Translations under genes and position numbers: made by a program
Notes under the pieces: model-generated
The model's input: the letters and a program-made list of their open reading frames with translations, nothing else
The model's database searches: none
Told to the model about the DNA's origin: nothing
Shown here: piece by piece, positions 20,228 through 31,009 of the stretch
How positions within the stretch are numbered: position 1 is the stretch's first letter
How the letters are laid out: every line of letters begins with the position of its first letter
NCBI GenBank assembly: GCA_963714975.1
Contig: CAVQQD010000003.1
Span: 480,001-544,000 of the forward strand
Source: an uncultured Gammaproteobacteria bacterium
Lineage (GTDB): Bacteria > Pseudomonadota > Gammaproteobacteria > JAURND01
Direction of reading: 5' to 3'
Length of the DNA: 64,000 bases

Positions 20228-20976
20228 TTGCTGTAGCCAATCAAAAAGGTGGAGTAGGGAAGACCACTACCTGCGTGAATTTGGCGGCTTCCCTAGTTGC
20301 TATCAAGCATCGTGTGCTATTGCTTGATCTGGATCCGCAAGGAAATGCCTCGGTAAGTAGTGGGGTGCGAAAAGATCCTGATTTATTGACTATTAAGGAA
20401 GTATTGCTCAATGGCTTAAGCATTACCGAGGTGCTGCACCAGACCGCTGCAGGTTATGATATCCTGCCGGCAGACGGTGAATTGACTTTGGCCGAAGTGC
20501 AATTGCTAAAACAAGAGCAGCGTGAGTTTTGTTTAAAAAATGCTTTAGCAAAGGTACGTCATCAATATGATTTTATCTTGATTGATTGTCCGCCCTCGTT
20601 AAATATATTAACCGTGAATGCCTTGGTATCAGCCGATACGGTGCTGATTCCTATGCCGTGTGAATATTTTGCGATGGAAGGACTGGCGAGTTTATTAAAT
20701 ACCATCAGTCAAATTGCCGCGGCAGCAAATCCTGGCTTGAAAATTGAAGGATTGCTGCGAACCCTGTATGATGGCCGCAATCGCCTGACCCAGGAAGTTA
20801 ATGCCCAATTACAGGCGCATTTTCAACAACAGCTTTATACGACAGTGATACCGCGTAACGTGCGTTTGGCGGAAGCACCTAGTTTTGGGATGCCCGCATT
20901 ACTTTATGATCAGCGTTCACAAGGTGCGCTCGCCTATCTCGCTTTAGCCAGTGAACTAGTGCGGCGCCAAACTTAA
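20215..20976 (+). CDS. parA: Chromosome partitioning ATPase ParA/Soj
   Basis: NQKGGVGKTT, DLDPQGN, IDCPPSL, IPRNVRLAEAPS. Confidence 0.96.
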   Translation: MHKIIAVANQKGGVGKTTTCVNLAASLVAIKHRVLLLDLDPQGNASVSSGVRKDPDLLTIKEVLLNGLSITEVLHQTAAGYDILPADGELTLAEVQLLKQEQREFCLKNALAKVRHQYDFILIDCPPSLNILTVNALVSADTVLIPMPCEYFAMEGLASLLNTISQIAAAANPGLKIEGLLRTLYDGRNRLTQEVNAQLQAHFQQQLYTTVIPRNVRLAEAPSFGMPALLYDQRSQGALAYLALASELVRRQT

Positions 20977-21004
20977 AATCCCGGGAGAGGGGGAATTAAT
21001 TACA

Positions 21005-21856
21005 ATGTCCAAACGCAGCCTCGGTCGGGGTTTAAGTGAGTTATTAAGTGGTGTATCTCTGCCGGAAAATTCTGCAGTTAATCCAGAAAAATTGCGAGAA
21101 ATTGCCGTTGATTTTCTGCGGCCTGGTCAATATCAGCCCCGTAAGGCGATCAAAGCGGAAGCTTTACAAGGAATGGCGGATTCCATCCGTGCTCATGGTA
21201 TTCTTCAGCCACTATTAGTCAGGCCCCTTGAGAAAAATTATTATGAAATTATTGCTGGTGAGCGTCGTTGGCGTGCAGCCCAACTGGCTGGTTTAGAGAA
21301 GCTACCTGTCTACGTCCGTGAAATTTCTGATTCAGCAGCCGTTGCGATGGGCTTGATTGAAAATATCCAACGGGAAGATTTAAATGTCTTGGAGCAAGCT
21401 TTGGCACTCAAGCGTCTGGCGGAAGAATTTGCCCTGACTCACGAAGAAGTAGCAAAAGCGGTGGGTAAATCGCGGACCAGCATCACCAATTTATTGCGGC
21501 TATTGCATTTGGCGCCCGAAGTGAAAACTTTATTGCAGGCTGGTGCCTTAGAAATGGGCCATGCCAAGGCCATTTTAGGTTTAGACCCAGAGGCGCAACG
21601 GCAAGCAGCAGAATGGATTGCGAGCAAAGCTCTGTCGGTTCGTGCCGCAGAAGAATTTGTCCGCAAATTACAAAAACTTCAAAATGTACCTAAAGTGCTT
21701 GCGCGGGCTGATCCTGATATTGTACGTTTACAATCCAAGTTATCGGATAAATTGGGCGCTCAAGTACAAATAAAACATAGTGCGAAGGGAAAAGGTAGGC
21801 TAGTGATCCATTATTATAGTTTGGATGAATTGGAAGGAATTTTACAACAAATTTAA
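21005..21856 (+). CDS. parB: Chromosome partitioning protein ParB
   Basis: LGRGL, QPRK, IIAGERRWRAA, IENIQREDL, HTH. Confidence 0.96.
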   Translation: MSKRSLGRGLSELLSGVSLPENSAVNPEKLREIAVDFLRPGQYQPRKAIKAEALQGMADSIRAHGILQPLLVRPLEKNYYEIIAGERRWRAAQLAGLEKLPVYVREISDSAAVAMGLIENIQREDLNVLEQALALKRLAEEFALTHEEVAKAVGKSRTSITNLLRLLHLAPEVKTLLQAGALEMGHAKAILGLDPEAQRQAAEWIASKALSVRAAEEFVRKLQKLQNVPKVLARADPDIVRLQSKLSDKLGAQVQIKHSAKGKGRLVIHYYSLDELEGILQQI

Positions 21857-21865
21857 GGTGATTTT

Positions 21866-23068
21866 ATGATTAATGACACAAACATTCCTTTCAGCGATAT
21901 CGTCGCTACCTTGCGTCAATCCGGGATTCGTTCAGCAACAGAACGCTGCAAGGCCATTGGAGGTATAAATTTAGGCCAGGGAGTTTGCGATATTCCCACT
22001 CAAGACGCAATCAAACAAGCAGCCTCAGCAGCAATTTTTGCTAATAACAATCTCTATGGGCCCTATCTGGGCATCCCGGAATTACGCGAAGCCTTGGCTC
22101 AAAAAATTCAGCATCATAATAAAATAGTAGTCGATCCAGCCACTGAAATTTTAGTCAGTCATGGCTCTACTGGCGCTTATGTTAGCGCTATCAAAGCCTT
22201 ATTCAATCCTGGCGATGAGCTGATATTATTTGAGCCGTTCTATGGCTACCATAAAATGATTGCCGAATTGTTTGGGGTTAAAACGGTTGGCGTACCCATT
22301 GCCGCAGAGGGCTATGTAATCGATTTTGATCGTTTAAAGCAAGCGATTACTCCACGTACCCGCGCCGTGGTGATCTGTACTCCCTGTAATCCTTCTGGTA
22401 AAGTGTTCAGCCAAGAAGAATTGATCCAAATTGGCGAAATAGCTGAGCAACATAATTTATGTATTATCACCGATGAGATTTATGAATACATTGTGTACCC
22501 AGGCTATCAGCATGTTTCAATCGCCAGTTTGAGGAATTTTAAAGAGCGGACCATTACCTTATCCGGCTTTTCCAAAACCTATAACGTGACCGGTTGGCGC
22601 CTAGGCTATGCCTATGGTCCGGCAAGATTGTTGGATAAGATCTCTTTGGTTCATGATTTTCTGTATATTTGCGCTAATACCCCGCTTCAACATGGGATGT
22701 TAGCTGCTTTGCAATTAGATGCTAACTACTATACGCAGATGTGTGCAGATTTCCTGACAAAACAGCATTTGATGGTGCAAGGCTTGCGTGATTTGGGCTT
22801 TATCGTACGCGAACCGCAAGGAGCGTATTATTTATTGGCTGATTTTCGTCAACTAGGTTTTAAAGACGATGAAGAAGCCATTACTGCTTTGCTGGAAAAT
22901 GCCAAGATAGCCGCGGTAACGGGAGGTTCATTCTACCAAAACCCCGAAGATGGTCGTTACGAGCTGCGTTTTTGTTTTGCCTTAAGTGAGGAAAAAATTA
23001 AGCAGGCACTTGCGCAATTATCTAGTTATTTGTTACTCCGTCGTCCTGGCATGGATGCCAGGATCTAG
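21866..23068 (+). CDS. PLP-dependent class I/II aminotransferase
   Basis: TPCNPSG, TDEIYE, GFSKTYNVTGWRLGY. Confidence 0.92.
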   Translation: MINDTNIPFSDIVATLRQSGIRSATERCKAIGGINLGQGVCDIPTQDAIKQAASAAIFANNNLYGPYLGIPELREALAQKIQHHNKIVVDPATEILVSHGSTGAYVSAIKALFNPGDELILFEPFYGYHKMIAELFGVKTVGVPIAAEGYVIDFDRLKQAITPRTRAVVICTPCNPSGKVFSQEELIQIGEIAEQHNLCIITDEIYEYIVYPGYQHVSIASLRNFKERTITLSGFSKTYNVTGWRLGYAYGPARLLDKISLVHDFLYICANTPLQHGMLAALQLDANYYTQMCADFLTKQHLMVQGLRDLGFIVREPQGAYYLLADFRQLGFKDDEEAITALLENAKIAAVTGGSFYQNPEDGRYELRFCFALSEEKIKQALAQLSSYLLLRRPGMDARI

Positions 23069-23133
23069 GTCACAGGGATGTGAAGCTCGTTGCATCTTGC
23101 AGGCTGGATCCCTGCATCCCTGCAGGGACGACG
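23039..23133. repeat. Palindromic repeat overlapping the aminotransferase 3' end
   Basis: CGTCGTCC...GGACGACG ends; internal CCTGGCAT-GG-ATGCCAGG hairpin. Confidence 0.7.
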
Positions 23134-23169
23134 TGCTCATGGGGACGAGGTGCTAAGAAGGGTAGAGGT

Positions 23170-24669
23170 GTGCTAAACAAAATTCTATTAACACTCATTG
23201 GTTTGATTGGGTTTTATTCTTTTCTGGCTTTTGCTCAGCATCCTGCCGCTGAAGATAAATATGCTGCAGTTGCTTATCCCCCTGTGAATTATGGGGAGGG
23301 CGCTAAAGCGGAGCAAATTAAGCGAGGGGAATATTTGGTTAAAGCCGGGGATTGTATTGCCTGTCACACCACACCGGGGGGTAAACCCTTTGCTGGGGGG
23401 TTGGCCGTGGTCACTCCTTTTGGCACTATCTATTCACAGAACATTACGCCTGATCAACAAACAGGTATTGGCCGATGGTCAGATGACGATTTTGTACGGG
23501 CGCTGCGCGAAGGTATTTCACCCAGCGGCGAGTATTATTTCCCGGCCTTCCCCTATAATTATTTTAATCAGTTAAGTCGCCAAGATGCCTTAGACATCAA
23601 AGCTTATTTAGCAGCTATTCCCGCTGTTGCTGAGCAAAACCACCCCTTAGATATGCCTTGGCCATTTCGTGTGCGCTTACTCCAAAGTTTCTGGCGATTT
23701 TTGTTTTTTGATTTTGAACAGGGTGAATTTATACCCGATGATCATCAATCACCGGAATGGAATCGTGGAGCCTATTTGGTACAAGGATTAGCCCATTGTA
23801 GTCTTTGTCATTCACCATTAAATGTATTGGGGGCGGCTGAGAAAAAATACGATTTAGCGGGGGGCTTTATTGAAGGTTATCCTGCCCCAAATATTTCTGC
23901 TTCTCGTTGGAAAGAGGTACCCACCGCGAAAATTTTGCGGGTCTTCTTAGCCGATGAAAAAATTAATGGCGGAAAAGTTCAGGGACCGATGTTACAGGTT
24001 AATCACGATAGTTTGCGTTATCTCACTCCCGAAGATCTTATCGATATAGCGACTTATTTGCGGACGGTACAGAGTGCAACTCCCCCGGCTCCTAGTGTCG
24101 GTACTGGAGTAAAAGCAGGTGAAAACATTTATCAAAAATATTGTGCTGCTTGCCATATGGGTGGAGGTGGTGGCGCGCCCAAATTTGGTAATGCGGCGCA
24201 GTGGGAGCCGATTGTGAAGCAAGGAATGCCAAAGGTATACGACAATGCGATTAAGGGGATTGATGGTATGCCAGCTAAAGGCAATTGTGAAAGCTGTACC
24301 GATGAACAAATCAAAAGCGCGGTTGATTATCTAGTAGGTAAAAGCACAGGTGCGGCAGCTAAACCGACTGTTAGTGGGGCTCCTGCTGGATCTGCATTGA
24401 CTTCTTTGGTGAGAGGCAAAATCGTCTATGACAAAGTTTGCTCGGTTTGTCATGCGCAAGGGCAATTGGGGGCGCCCAAATTAGGGGATCAAAAGGCCTG
24501 GGAACCGATTTTGCATGAAAATTTAGATATTCTAGTATCACGTACTATTTATGGTTACAAGGGACATCCCGCCAAAGGGGCTTGTTATAAATGCAACGAT
24601 GCCGATATTATTTCCGCGGTGAAGTATATGGCTCAAGAAAGTGGTTTAGGCGATTATAGATTATGGTAA
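23170..24669 (+). CDS. Multiheme (four CxxCH) periplasmic cytochrome c with two c5-like domains
   Basis: CIACH, CSLCH, CAACH, CSVCH; signal peptide after GTG 23170; directly upstream of coxB. Confidence 0.9.
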   Translation: MLNKILLTLIGLIGFYSFLAFAQHPAAEDKYAAVAYPPVNYGEGAKAEQIKRGEYLVKAGDCIACHTTPGGKPFAGGLAVVTPFGTIYSQNITPDQQTGIGRWSDDDFVRALREGISPSGEYYFPAFPYNYFNQLSRQDALDIKAYLAAIPAVAEQNHPLDMPWPFRVRLLQSFWRFLFFDFEQGEFIPDDHQSPEWNRGAYLVQGLAHCSLCHSPLNVLGAAEKKYDLAGGFIEGYPAPNISASRWKEVPTAKILRVFLADEKINGGKVQGPMLQVNHDSLRYLTPEDLIDIATYLRTVQSATPPAPSVGTGVKAGENIYQKYCAACHMGGGGGAPKFGNAAQWEPIVKQGMPKVYDNAIKGIDGMPAKGNCESCTDEQIKSAVDYLVGKSTGAAAKPTVSGAPAGSALTSLVRGKIVYDKVCSVCHAQGQLGAPKLGDQKAWEPILHENLDILVSRTIYGYKGHPAKGACYKCNDADIISAVKYMAQESGLGDYRLW

Positions 24670-24689
24670 TTCGTACCTATGAGAAAAAC

Positions 24690-25852
24690 ATGCATATTTT
24701 AAAATACCTAGTATTGATTATTAGTCTGGTGTGCGTAAATGGTAGTGCCTTAGCAGATTACACCCTAAATATGACGCCAGGCGTCACGCCAATTAGTCAG
24801 GACATCTATCATTTGCATATGACTATTTTTTGGATCTGCGTGGCAATTGGGGTGGTGGTTTTTAGTGTACTTTTTTATTCGTTAATTAAGCATCGCAAGT
24901 CTCTAGGTGTTAAACCCGCTAATTTTCATGGCAATCTACGCGTAGAAATATTTTGGGCCATCGTGCCATTTTTAATTTTAGTGATCATGGCAATTCCTGC
25001 TACGCTGGTACTGATTAAGATGGAGGATACCGGGAGTTCCGATGTTAACATTAAAGTGACTGGTTATCAGTGGAATTGGCAATATAAGTATTTGGATGAA
25101 GGCATTAGTTTTTTTAGTAATCTCTCTACTCCTGCTGATCAATTGAAGAATAAAGCTCCTAAAAACCAATGGTATTTATTAGAAGTCGATAAGCCGCTGG
25201 TGGTGCCGATTCATCGGAAAATACGTTTTCTAGTCACAGCCAATGATGTGATTCATTCTTGGTGGGTTCCTGCTTTGGGTATTAAACGGGATGCCATCCC
25301 TGGCTTTATTCATGAAGCTTGGGCGCGAATTGAAAAACCAGGCATTTATCGAGGTCAATGCGCCGAACTGTGTGGCATAAACCATGGTTTTATGCCCATT
25401 GTTGTTGACGCACGAACTGAAGAGGACTATGCCAATTGGGTACAGGAGCAAAAAAATAAGCCGTCTGAATCACAGTCAGACCAAACTAAAATGGCATCAA
25501 ATCAGCCTTTGACTGCTACGGAATTGATGCAGCAAGGCGAAGAGGTTTATGATAGGCGCTGTGCTGCCTGTCATCAGGTGAATGGCATGGGCAGACCACC
25601 TTCTTTCCCAGCATTAGCAGGCAGTGCGATAGCGAATGGCCCAGTAGCAGGACATTTGCATATCGTTATATATGGCAAGCCTGGAACAGCGATGGTGGCC
25701 TTTGCCCACAATTGACAGAGCAAGAAATTGCAGCAGTGGTTACTTATGAACGGAATGCTTGGGGAAATGGGGATCAAAATAAATATGGTTCTAACGCCGG
25801 TGGGGTAGTTCAACCTGCTGATGTTGCTCAAGCAAGTGAAAACAAGGGATAA
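24690..25852 (+). CDS. coxB: Cytochrome c oxidase subunit II with C-terminal cytochrome c (frameshift near 25710)
   Basis: DVIHSWW, GQCAELCGINHGFM (CuA), CAACH; the tail QLTEQEIAAVVTYERNAWGN is in another frame. Confidence 0.93.
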
Positions 25853-25855
25853 ACC

Positions 25856-27503
25856 ATGAGTGAAAAAGCAATAGTACCGGATTCTGAAGTACCGCCTATT
25901 GAGCACGAGCATCATGGACATGGCGGGCCGGTAGAAAAAGGCTGGTGGCCTTATGCCAGGCGTTGGTTATTTACTACGAATCATAAAGATATTGGCACCT
26001 TATATTTATGGTTATCTTGTATTATGTTTTTTATTGCAGGCGCCATGGCATTATTAATTCGTGCTGAATTATTTCAGCCAGGTCACCGCCTATTAGATCC
26101 CGATTTTTTTAATCAAATGACTACCATGCATGGCTTAATTATGATTTTTGGCGTCGTCATGCCTGCCTTTGTCGGTTTGGCAAATTGGCAAATCCCGATG
26201 ATGATTGGCGCGCCTGATATGGCTTTGCCAAGATTAAATAATTGGAGTTTTTGGATTCTGCCGTTTGCTTTTACCTTGCTTTTGAGCACTTTTTTATTAC
26301 CGGGTTCTGCCCCAAATTATGGTTGGACTTTTTATGCGCCTTTATCCACCACATATGGTCCTCCTAGCACGGATTTCATGATTTTTGCGATTCATTTAAT
26401 GGGACTTTCTTCCATTCTCGGCGCGATCAATATTATTGCTACGATTATTAATATGCGTGCTCCCGGCATGAATTTTATGAAAATGCCGGTATTCGTGTGG
26501 AGTTGGTTTATTACAGCATTTTTGTTATTGGCCATTATGCCGGTATTAGCAGGAGCCGTTACCATGATGCTATTGGATCGTCATTTTGGTACGACATTTT
26601 TTCATGCGGCAGGTGGTGGCGACCCGGTCTTATTTCAACATATATTTTGGTTTTTTGGTCATCCCGAAGTTTATGTACTTAATTTTGCCTGCATTTGGGG
26701 TGATGTCAGAAATTATCCCGACCTTTAGTCGTAAGCCATTATTTGGATATTCTTTTATGGTTTAGGCCATTATTGCGATTGCGATTTTGTCCTATATCGT
26801 GTGGGCGCATCACATGTTTACAGTGGGCATCCCTCTAGCCGCGCAATTGTTTTTTATGTATGTCACGATGTTAATTGCGGTGCCAACCGGCATTAAGGTA
26901 TTTAATTGGGTTAGCTACTATTTACCGCGGTGCTTTGACTTTTGAAACGCCGATGTTATTTGCGATTGCTTTTGTTTTTTTATTTACCATCGGTGGATTT
27001 TCTGGATTGATGTTGGCGATCGTTCCGGCTGATTATCAATATCAAGATACTTATTTTGTGGTAGCGCATTTCCATTATGTGTTAGTGCCAGGATCTATTT
27101 TTGGTATTATGGCGGGAGTTTATTATTGGTTACCAAAATGGACTGGGCACATGTATAATGAGACGCTTAGGAAAATGGCATTTTTGGTTATCAGTGATTT
27201 CTCTGAATATGACTTTTTTCCCCATGCATTTTCTCGGCTTAGCAGGGATGCCGCGACGTATTCCTGACTATGCTTTGCAGTTTGCTGATTTTAATGCGAT
27301 TGCGAGTGTGGGTGCCTTTATTTTTGGTGCATCGCAATTATTATTTTTAATTAATATCATTTGGACGATTACAAAAAGGTAAACCTGTACCCGGCAAGGT
27401 ATGGGAAGGGGCGCATGGTTTGGAATGGCAATTGCCTTCACCTGCGCCTTATCACAGCTGGACAACGCCGCCACATGTCATAGAAGAAAGGCAACTTGGA
27501 TGT
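25856..27503 (+). CDS. coxA: Cytochrome c oxidase subunit I (several frameshifts and a TAG at 26763; end approximate)
   Basis: [41 protein letters not shown] spread over several frames. Confidence 0.93.
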
Positions 27504-28183
27504 CCACCCACACCACCACTAAGCGTCGTTCCATTACCCGCGGGTTAATGATAATGCTGGCGTTTGCTGTGGGGATGTTTGGTTTTGGATTTGCACTTAG
27601 TGCCACTTTATAATGTGCTGTGTAAAAAATTAGGCTTAATGGTAAAACGGAGAATAAGCCCGCCGCAGTTAGTGTGGCAGCTATTGATAAAACGCGCACG
27701 GTGATGGTGTTATTTTTAGCGACTAATAATGCTAACTTGCCTTGGAAATTTCATCCTTATCGGGCGTCAATTCAGGTACATCCCGGAGAAAATACCCGGG
27801 TCGCTTATTATGCGAAAAATCAGTCTAATAGCGTAATGACAGTGCAGGCAATTCCTAATGTAGCGCCAGGCATTGCAGCAAAATATTTGAAAAAAACCGA
27901 GTGTTTTTGTTTTACTCAGCAAACTTTAAAAAGTGGTGAGTCGATGGATATGCCGCTGTTATTTCATATTGATCGTGACTTGCCGAAAAATGTGAATACA
28001 GTAGTATTAGCTTATACATTATTTGATGTGAGTCATAAAAAACCCTCTCCCCCGCCCGAGCGTTTTGTCATCCCGAGCGAAGCCGAGGGAACTCCTGCAA
28101 CTGGCATGGAGTTCCCTCGTCGCAAGCTCCTCGGGATGACGAAGGGTCGGGAAGGTGGGAGAAGGTTAGGGAGAGAGGAATGA
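27500..28183 (+). CDS. ctaG: Cytochrome c oxidase assembly protein CtaG/Cox11 (frameshift near 27597)
   Basis: GMFGFGFAL(V)PLYNVLC and KTECFCFTQQ. Confidence 0.9.
28043..28178. repeat. Nested repeat: REP-like element carrying a GTCATCCCGAG...CTCGGGATGAC palindrome, translated within the ctaG 3' end
   Basis: Outer arms match 58782-58843 and 62208-62267; inner inverted repeat is visible. Confidence 0.8.
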
Positions 28184-29058
28184 CAAAACTACAACCCAAA
28201 TCATATTACTTACCAGGTCCCAGCTATTGGCCAATTATTGGGTCTATCGCATTATTTTGCATTATGTTAGGGGCGGCAAATTGGCTCCATGGCGTGCCTA
28301 TGGGGCCGTATTTGTTTGCTGCCGGCATTTCAATTCTTCTTATCGTTATATTTGGTTGGTTTGGTACGGTGATCCGGGAAAATCAAGCAGGTTTTTATGA
28401 TAATAAGCAATTAGACCGCTCCTTTCGTTGGGGTATGTGTTGGTTTATCTTTTCAGAAGTGATGTTTTTTGGGGCATTTTTTGGGGCTCTTTTTTATACT
28501 CGGGTTCTTTCTGTGCCTTGGATTGGGGGCGAAGGTTCGGGAGTTTTAACCCATATTTTATTATGGCCTAATTTTACTGCGCATTGGCCATTGTTACAAA
28601 ACCCTGATCCCCATCTTATAGCCCCAAAAAGTGTCATGGAAACCTGGGGCATTCCAGCCTTGAATACGCTTATTTTATTAAGCAGTGGTTTGACGATTAC
28701 TGTCGCCCATTGGGGTATCTTAAAGCATCGGCATATTCAAGCTTTGGTGGGACAAGGGGTGACGGTGTTGCTGGGTATAACCTTTTTGGCCATGCAAGCC
28801 CATGAATATACGATTGCTTACCTAGAAAAAGGCCTGACCTTAGGCTCGGGAATTTATGGCACCACTTTTTTCGTGCTGACTGGATTTCATGCTTTGCATG
28901 TGACGATCGGAACATTAGCCTTGATTGTTATCTTCTTTCGTATTTATCGTCATCATTTTGATAAACATAGCCATTTTGCTTTTGAAGGGGTAGCTTGGTA
29001 TTGGCACTTTGTTGACGTGGTTTGGTTGATGCTGTTCACTTTTGTTTACTGGATTTAA
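28180..29058 (+). CDS. coxC: Cytochrome c oxidase subunit III
   Basis: WFIFSEVMFF, NTLILLSSG, TGFHALHV, AWYWHFVDVVW. Confidence 0.96.
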   Translation: MTKLQPKSYYLPGPSYWPIIGSIALFCIMLGAANWLHGVPMGPYLFAAGISILLIVIFGWFGTVIRENQAGFYDNKQLDRSFRWGMCWFIFSEVMFFGAFFGALFYTRVLSVPWIGGEGSGVLTHILLWPNFTAHWPLLQNPDPHLIAPKSVMETWGIPALNTLILLSSGLTITVAHWGILKHRHIQALVGQGVTVLLGITFLAMQAHEYTIAYLEKGLTLGSGIYGTTFFVLTGFHALHVTIGTLALIVIFFRIYRHHFDKHSHFAFEGVAWYWHFVDVVWLMLFTFVYWI

Positions 29059-30514
29059 TAAAATTCAACCACCCCTCATATAAATTATTAGCCTCTGACA
29101 CAGGCATTTGAGGTTCAAATTTTCGGTCACATTGCCACAAGGAACTAATTTGTTCCAAGGAAGAAAACATCCCTGCCTGAAAACCCGCTAAAAACGCTAC
29201 ACCTAGGGCAGTAGTTTCATTGATTGTGGCGCGTGATACTGGCAGCGGCAGTACATCTGCTAAAAATTGCATTAGCCAATTGTTTAATACCATTCCTCCG
29301 TCTACGCGCAATTCACCGAAATTCATGTTCCCGTCGTTTTTCATCGCTTCTAAAAGATCTCGTGTTTGGTAGGCAATAGATTCTAATGCTGCTCGGATAA
29401 TGTGAGTTCGACTAGCATCTCGGGTTAACCCAACAATGCTTGCTTTGACCGTGGGATTCCAATAAGGAGCCCCGAGCCCAGTAAAGGCGGGTATGAAATA
29501 AACACCGCCATTATTGGCTAAGTTCTTGGCAATTTCCTCAGTTTCCTTAGCATTTTTGATGATGCCAAGTTTATCTCGTAGCCATTGAATGGTAGTTCCT
29601 GCGGAAAAAATACTGCCTTCGAGACCATAAATTGTTTTATGCTGCAATTTATAAGCGATCGTGGTAAGCAAACGATTTTGGGATAGAACTGCCTTTTCGC
29701 CGGTATTCACAATTAAAAAAGCGCCTGTGCCATAGGTCCCTTTCACCATGCCGGTAGTGAAACAAGCCTGGCCAATGAGAGCTGCTTGTTGATCGCCCGC
29801 CATGGCCGTGATGGGGATCTCTACGCCAAACAACTTAGAGTGAGTTCTTCCAAATAATTCTGTGTTTTCAAATACTTTGGGTAATAAGTTGTAAGGTATT
29901 TGAAAAAGGTCCAGTAACTCTTCGTCCCACTGTTGATTATGGATATTAAAGAGCAGGGTGCGGGAAGCATTCGTGATATCGGTCGCATGTTGTGCTCCTT
30001 CAGTTAAGCGCCATAAAAGAAAACTATCTACTGTGCCAAAGGCCAATTTTCCTTGCAAGGCTTTTTCATGGGCTCCTGGAATATGCTTGAGTATCCAAGC
30101 TATCTTGGATGCTGAGAAATAAGGGTCCATTAACAAACCTGTTTTGCTTTGAATCATGGGTTCATATTCCATGAGAGACTGGCATAGTTCTGCAGTGCGC
30201 CGATCTTGCCAGACTATAGCTCGATAGATAGGTTCTCCGGTTTCTTTGTCCCACAAAATAGTAGTTTCGCGTTGATTGGTGATGCCAATTGCTAAAATGT
30301 CATCGAAACTGATTTTGGCTTTAATAACAGCGACATGTATACAGGTCACTACTGCTTGCCAAATTTCCAGTGGATCATGCTCGACCCAGCTAAGTTCTGG
30401 GAAATATTGAGTTAATTCCAGCTGGTGTTTGCTGATGACTTGGGCATATTGATTAAAAATCATCGCTCGAGTACTGGTAGTCCCCTGATCGATCGCTAAT
30501 AAAAAATTACCCAT
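29036..30514 (-). CDS. glpK: Glycerol kinase
   Basis: AIDQGTTSTR, GITNQRET, VWQDRRT, PYFSASK, GDQQAAL, LRVDGG; converges on and overlaps the coxC end. Confidence 0.96.
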   Translation of the reverse strand: MGNFLLAIDQGTTSTRAMIFNQYAQVISKHQLELTQYFPELSWVEHDPLEIWQAVVTCIHVAVIKAKISFDDILAIGITNQRETTILWDKETGEPIYRAIVWQDRRTAELCQSLMEYEPMIQSKTGLLMDPYFSASKIAWILKHIPGAHEKALQGKLAFGTVDSFLLWRLTEGAQHATDITNASRTLLFNIHNQQWDEELLDLFQIPYNLLPKVFENTELFGRTHSKLFGVEIPITAMAGDQQAALIGQACFTTGMVKGTYGTGAFLIVNTGEKAVLSQNRLLTTIAYKLQHKTIYGLEGSIFSAGTTIQWLRDKLGIIKNAKETEEIAKNLANNGGVYFIPAFTGLGAPYWNPTVKASIVGLTRDASRTHIIRAALESIAYQTRDLLEAMKNDGNMNFGELRVDGGMVLNNWLMQFLADVLPLPVSRATINETTALGVAFLAGFQAGMFSSLEQISSLWQCDRKFEPQMPVSEANNLYEGWLNFIKSSKQK

Positions 30515-30724
30515 CTTCACCTCCATTAATTCACACGGAATAATAATTATACACAAGCACGAAGCTAACTCTAGAGTTATGAATGAGTTAGAAAAAAAAG
30601 TGTGACGAAGATGAGAATAACTTTGTAACTATTTGATTTTAATTGATATTTAAAGATTGGATAGTTCCTGGTCAATTTGTTCTGAAGGCAGTAAATTCAC
30701 GGCATTGTGCTCCTGTCTCATAGA

Positions 30725-30759
30725 ATATCCACAGAGTTATCCACAGATTTTGTGGATAA
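30725..30759. promoter_or_regulatory. Cluster of DnaA boxes
   Basis: ATATCCACA 30725, TTATCCACA 30737, TGTGGATAA 30751, next to an AT-rich tract at 30620-30660. Confidence 0.75.
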
Positions 30760-30809
30760 CCCAGCAATGCCCGCTGAAGCCCTGATTCTTTCATAAGCTT
30801 TCAACATTA

Positions 30810-30894
30810 TTCCTTCTCCCCTTGTGGGAGAAGGTGCCCCTTCGACAGGCTCAGAACAGGCTGGCGGATCAGGGGTGAGCTAAATCTAGCACCC
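30810..30894. repeat. REP-like palindromic repeat
   Basis: Near-identical to 7484-7571. Confidence 0.85.
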
Positions 30895-31009
30895 GCATGA
30901 GGCAACAATCTCATGCGTCACCCACTGGTCAAATTACGGTAGAGTGGGAATTGCGGCCTATCCCCGGTATACTGATTTCAGGGTAAAATTCAGCAAGATG
31001 GAAATTGCT

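Noticed and set aside
19580-23068. parS site near parAB
   Set aside because: No convincing match to the TGTTTCACGTGAAACA consensus was seen by eye.
23170-29058. Tetraheme cytochrome c ahead of the cox operon as a novel system
   Set aside because: To my knowledge a similar arrangement is ordinary in Legionella-like bacteria.
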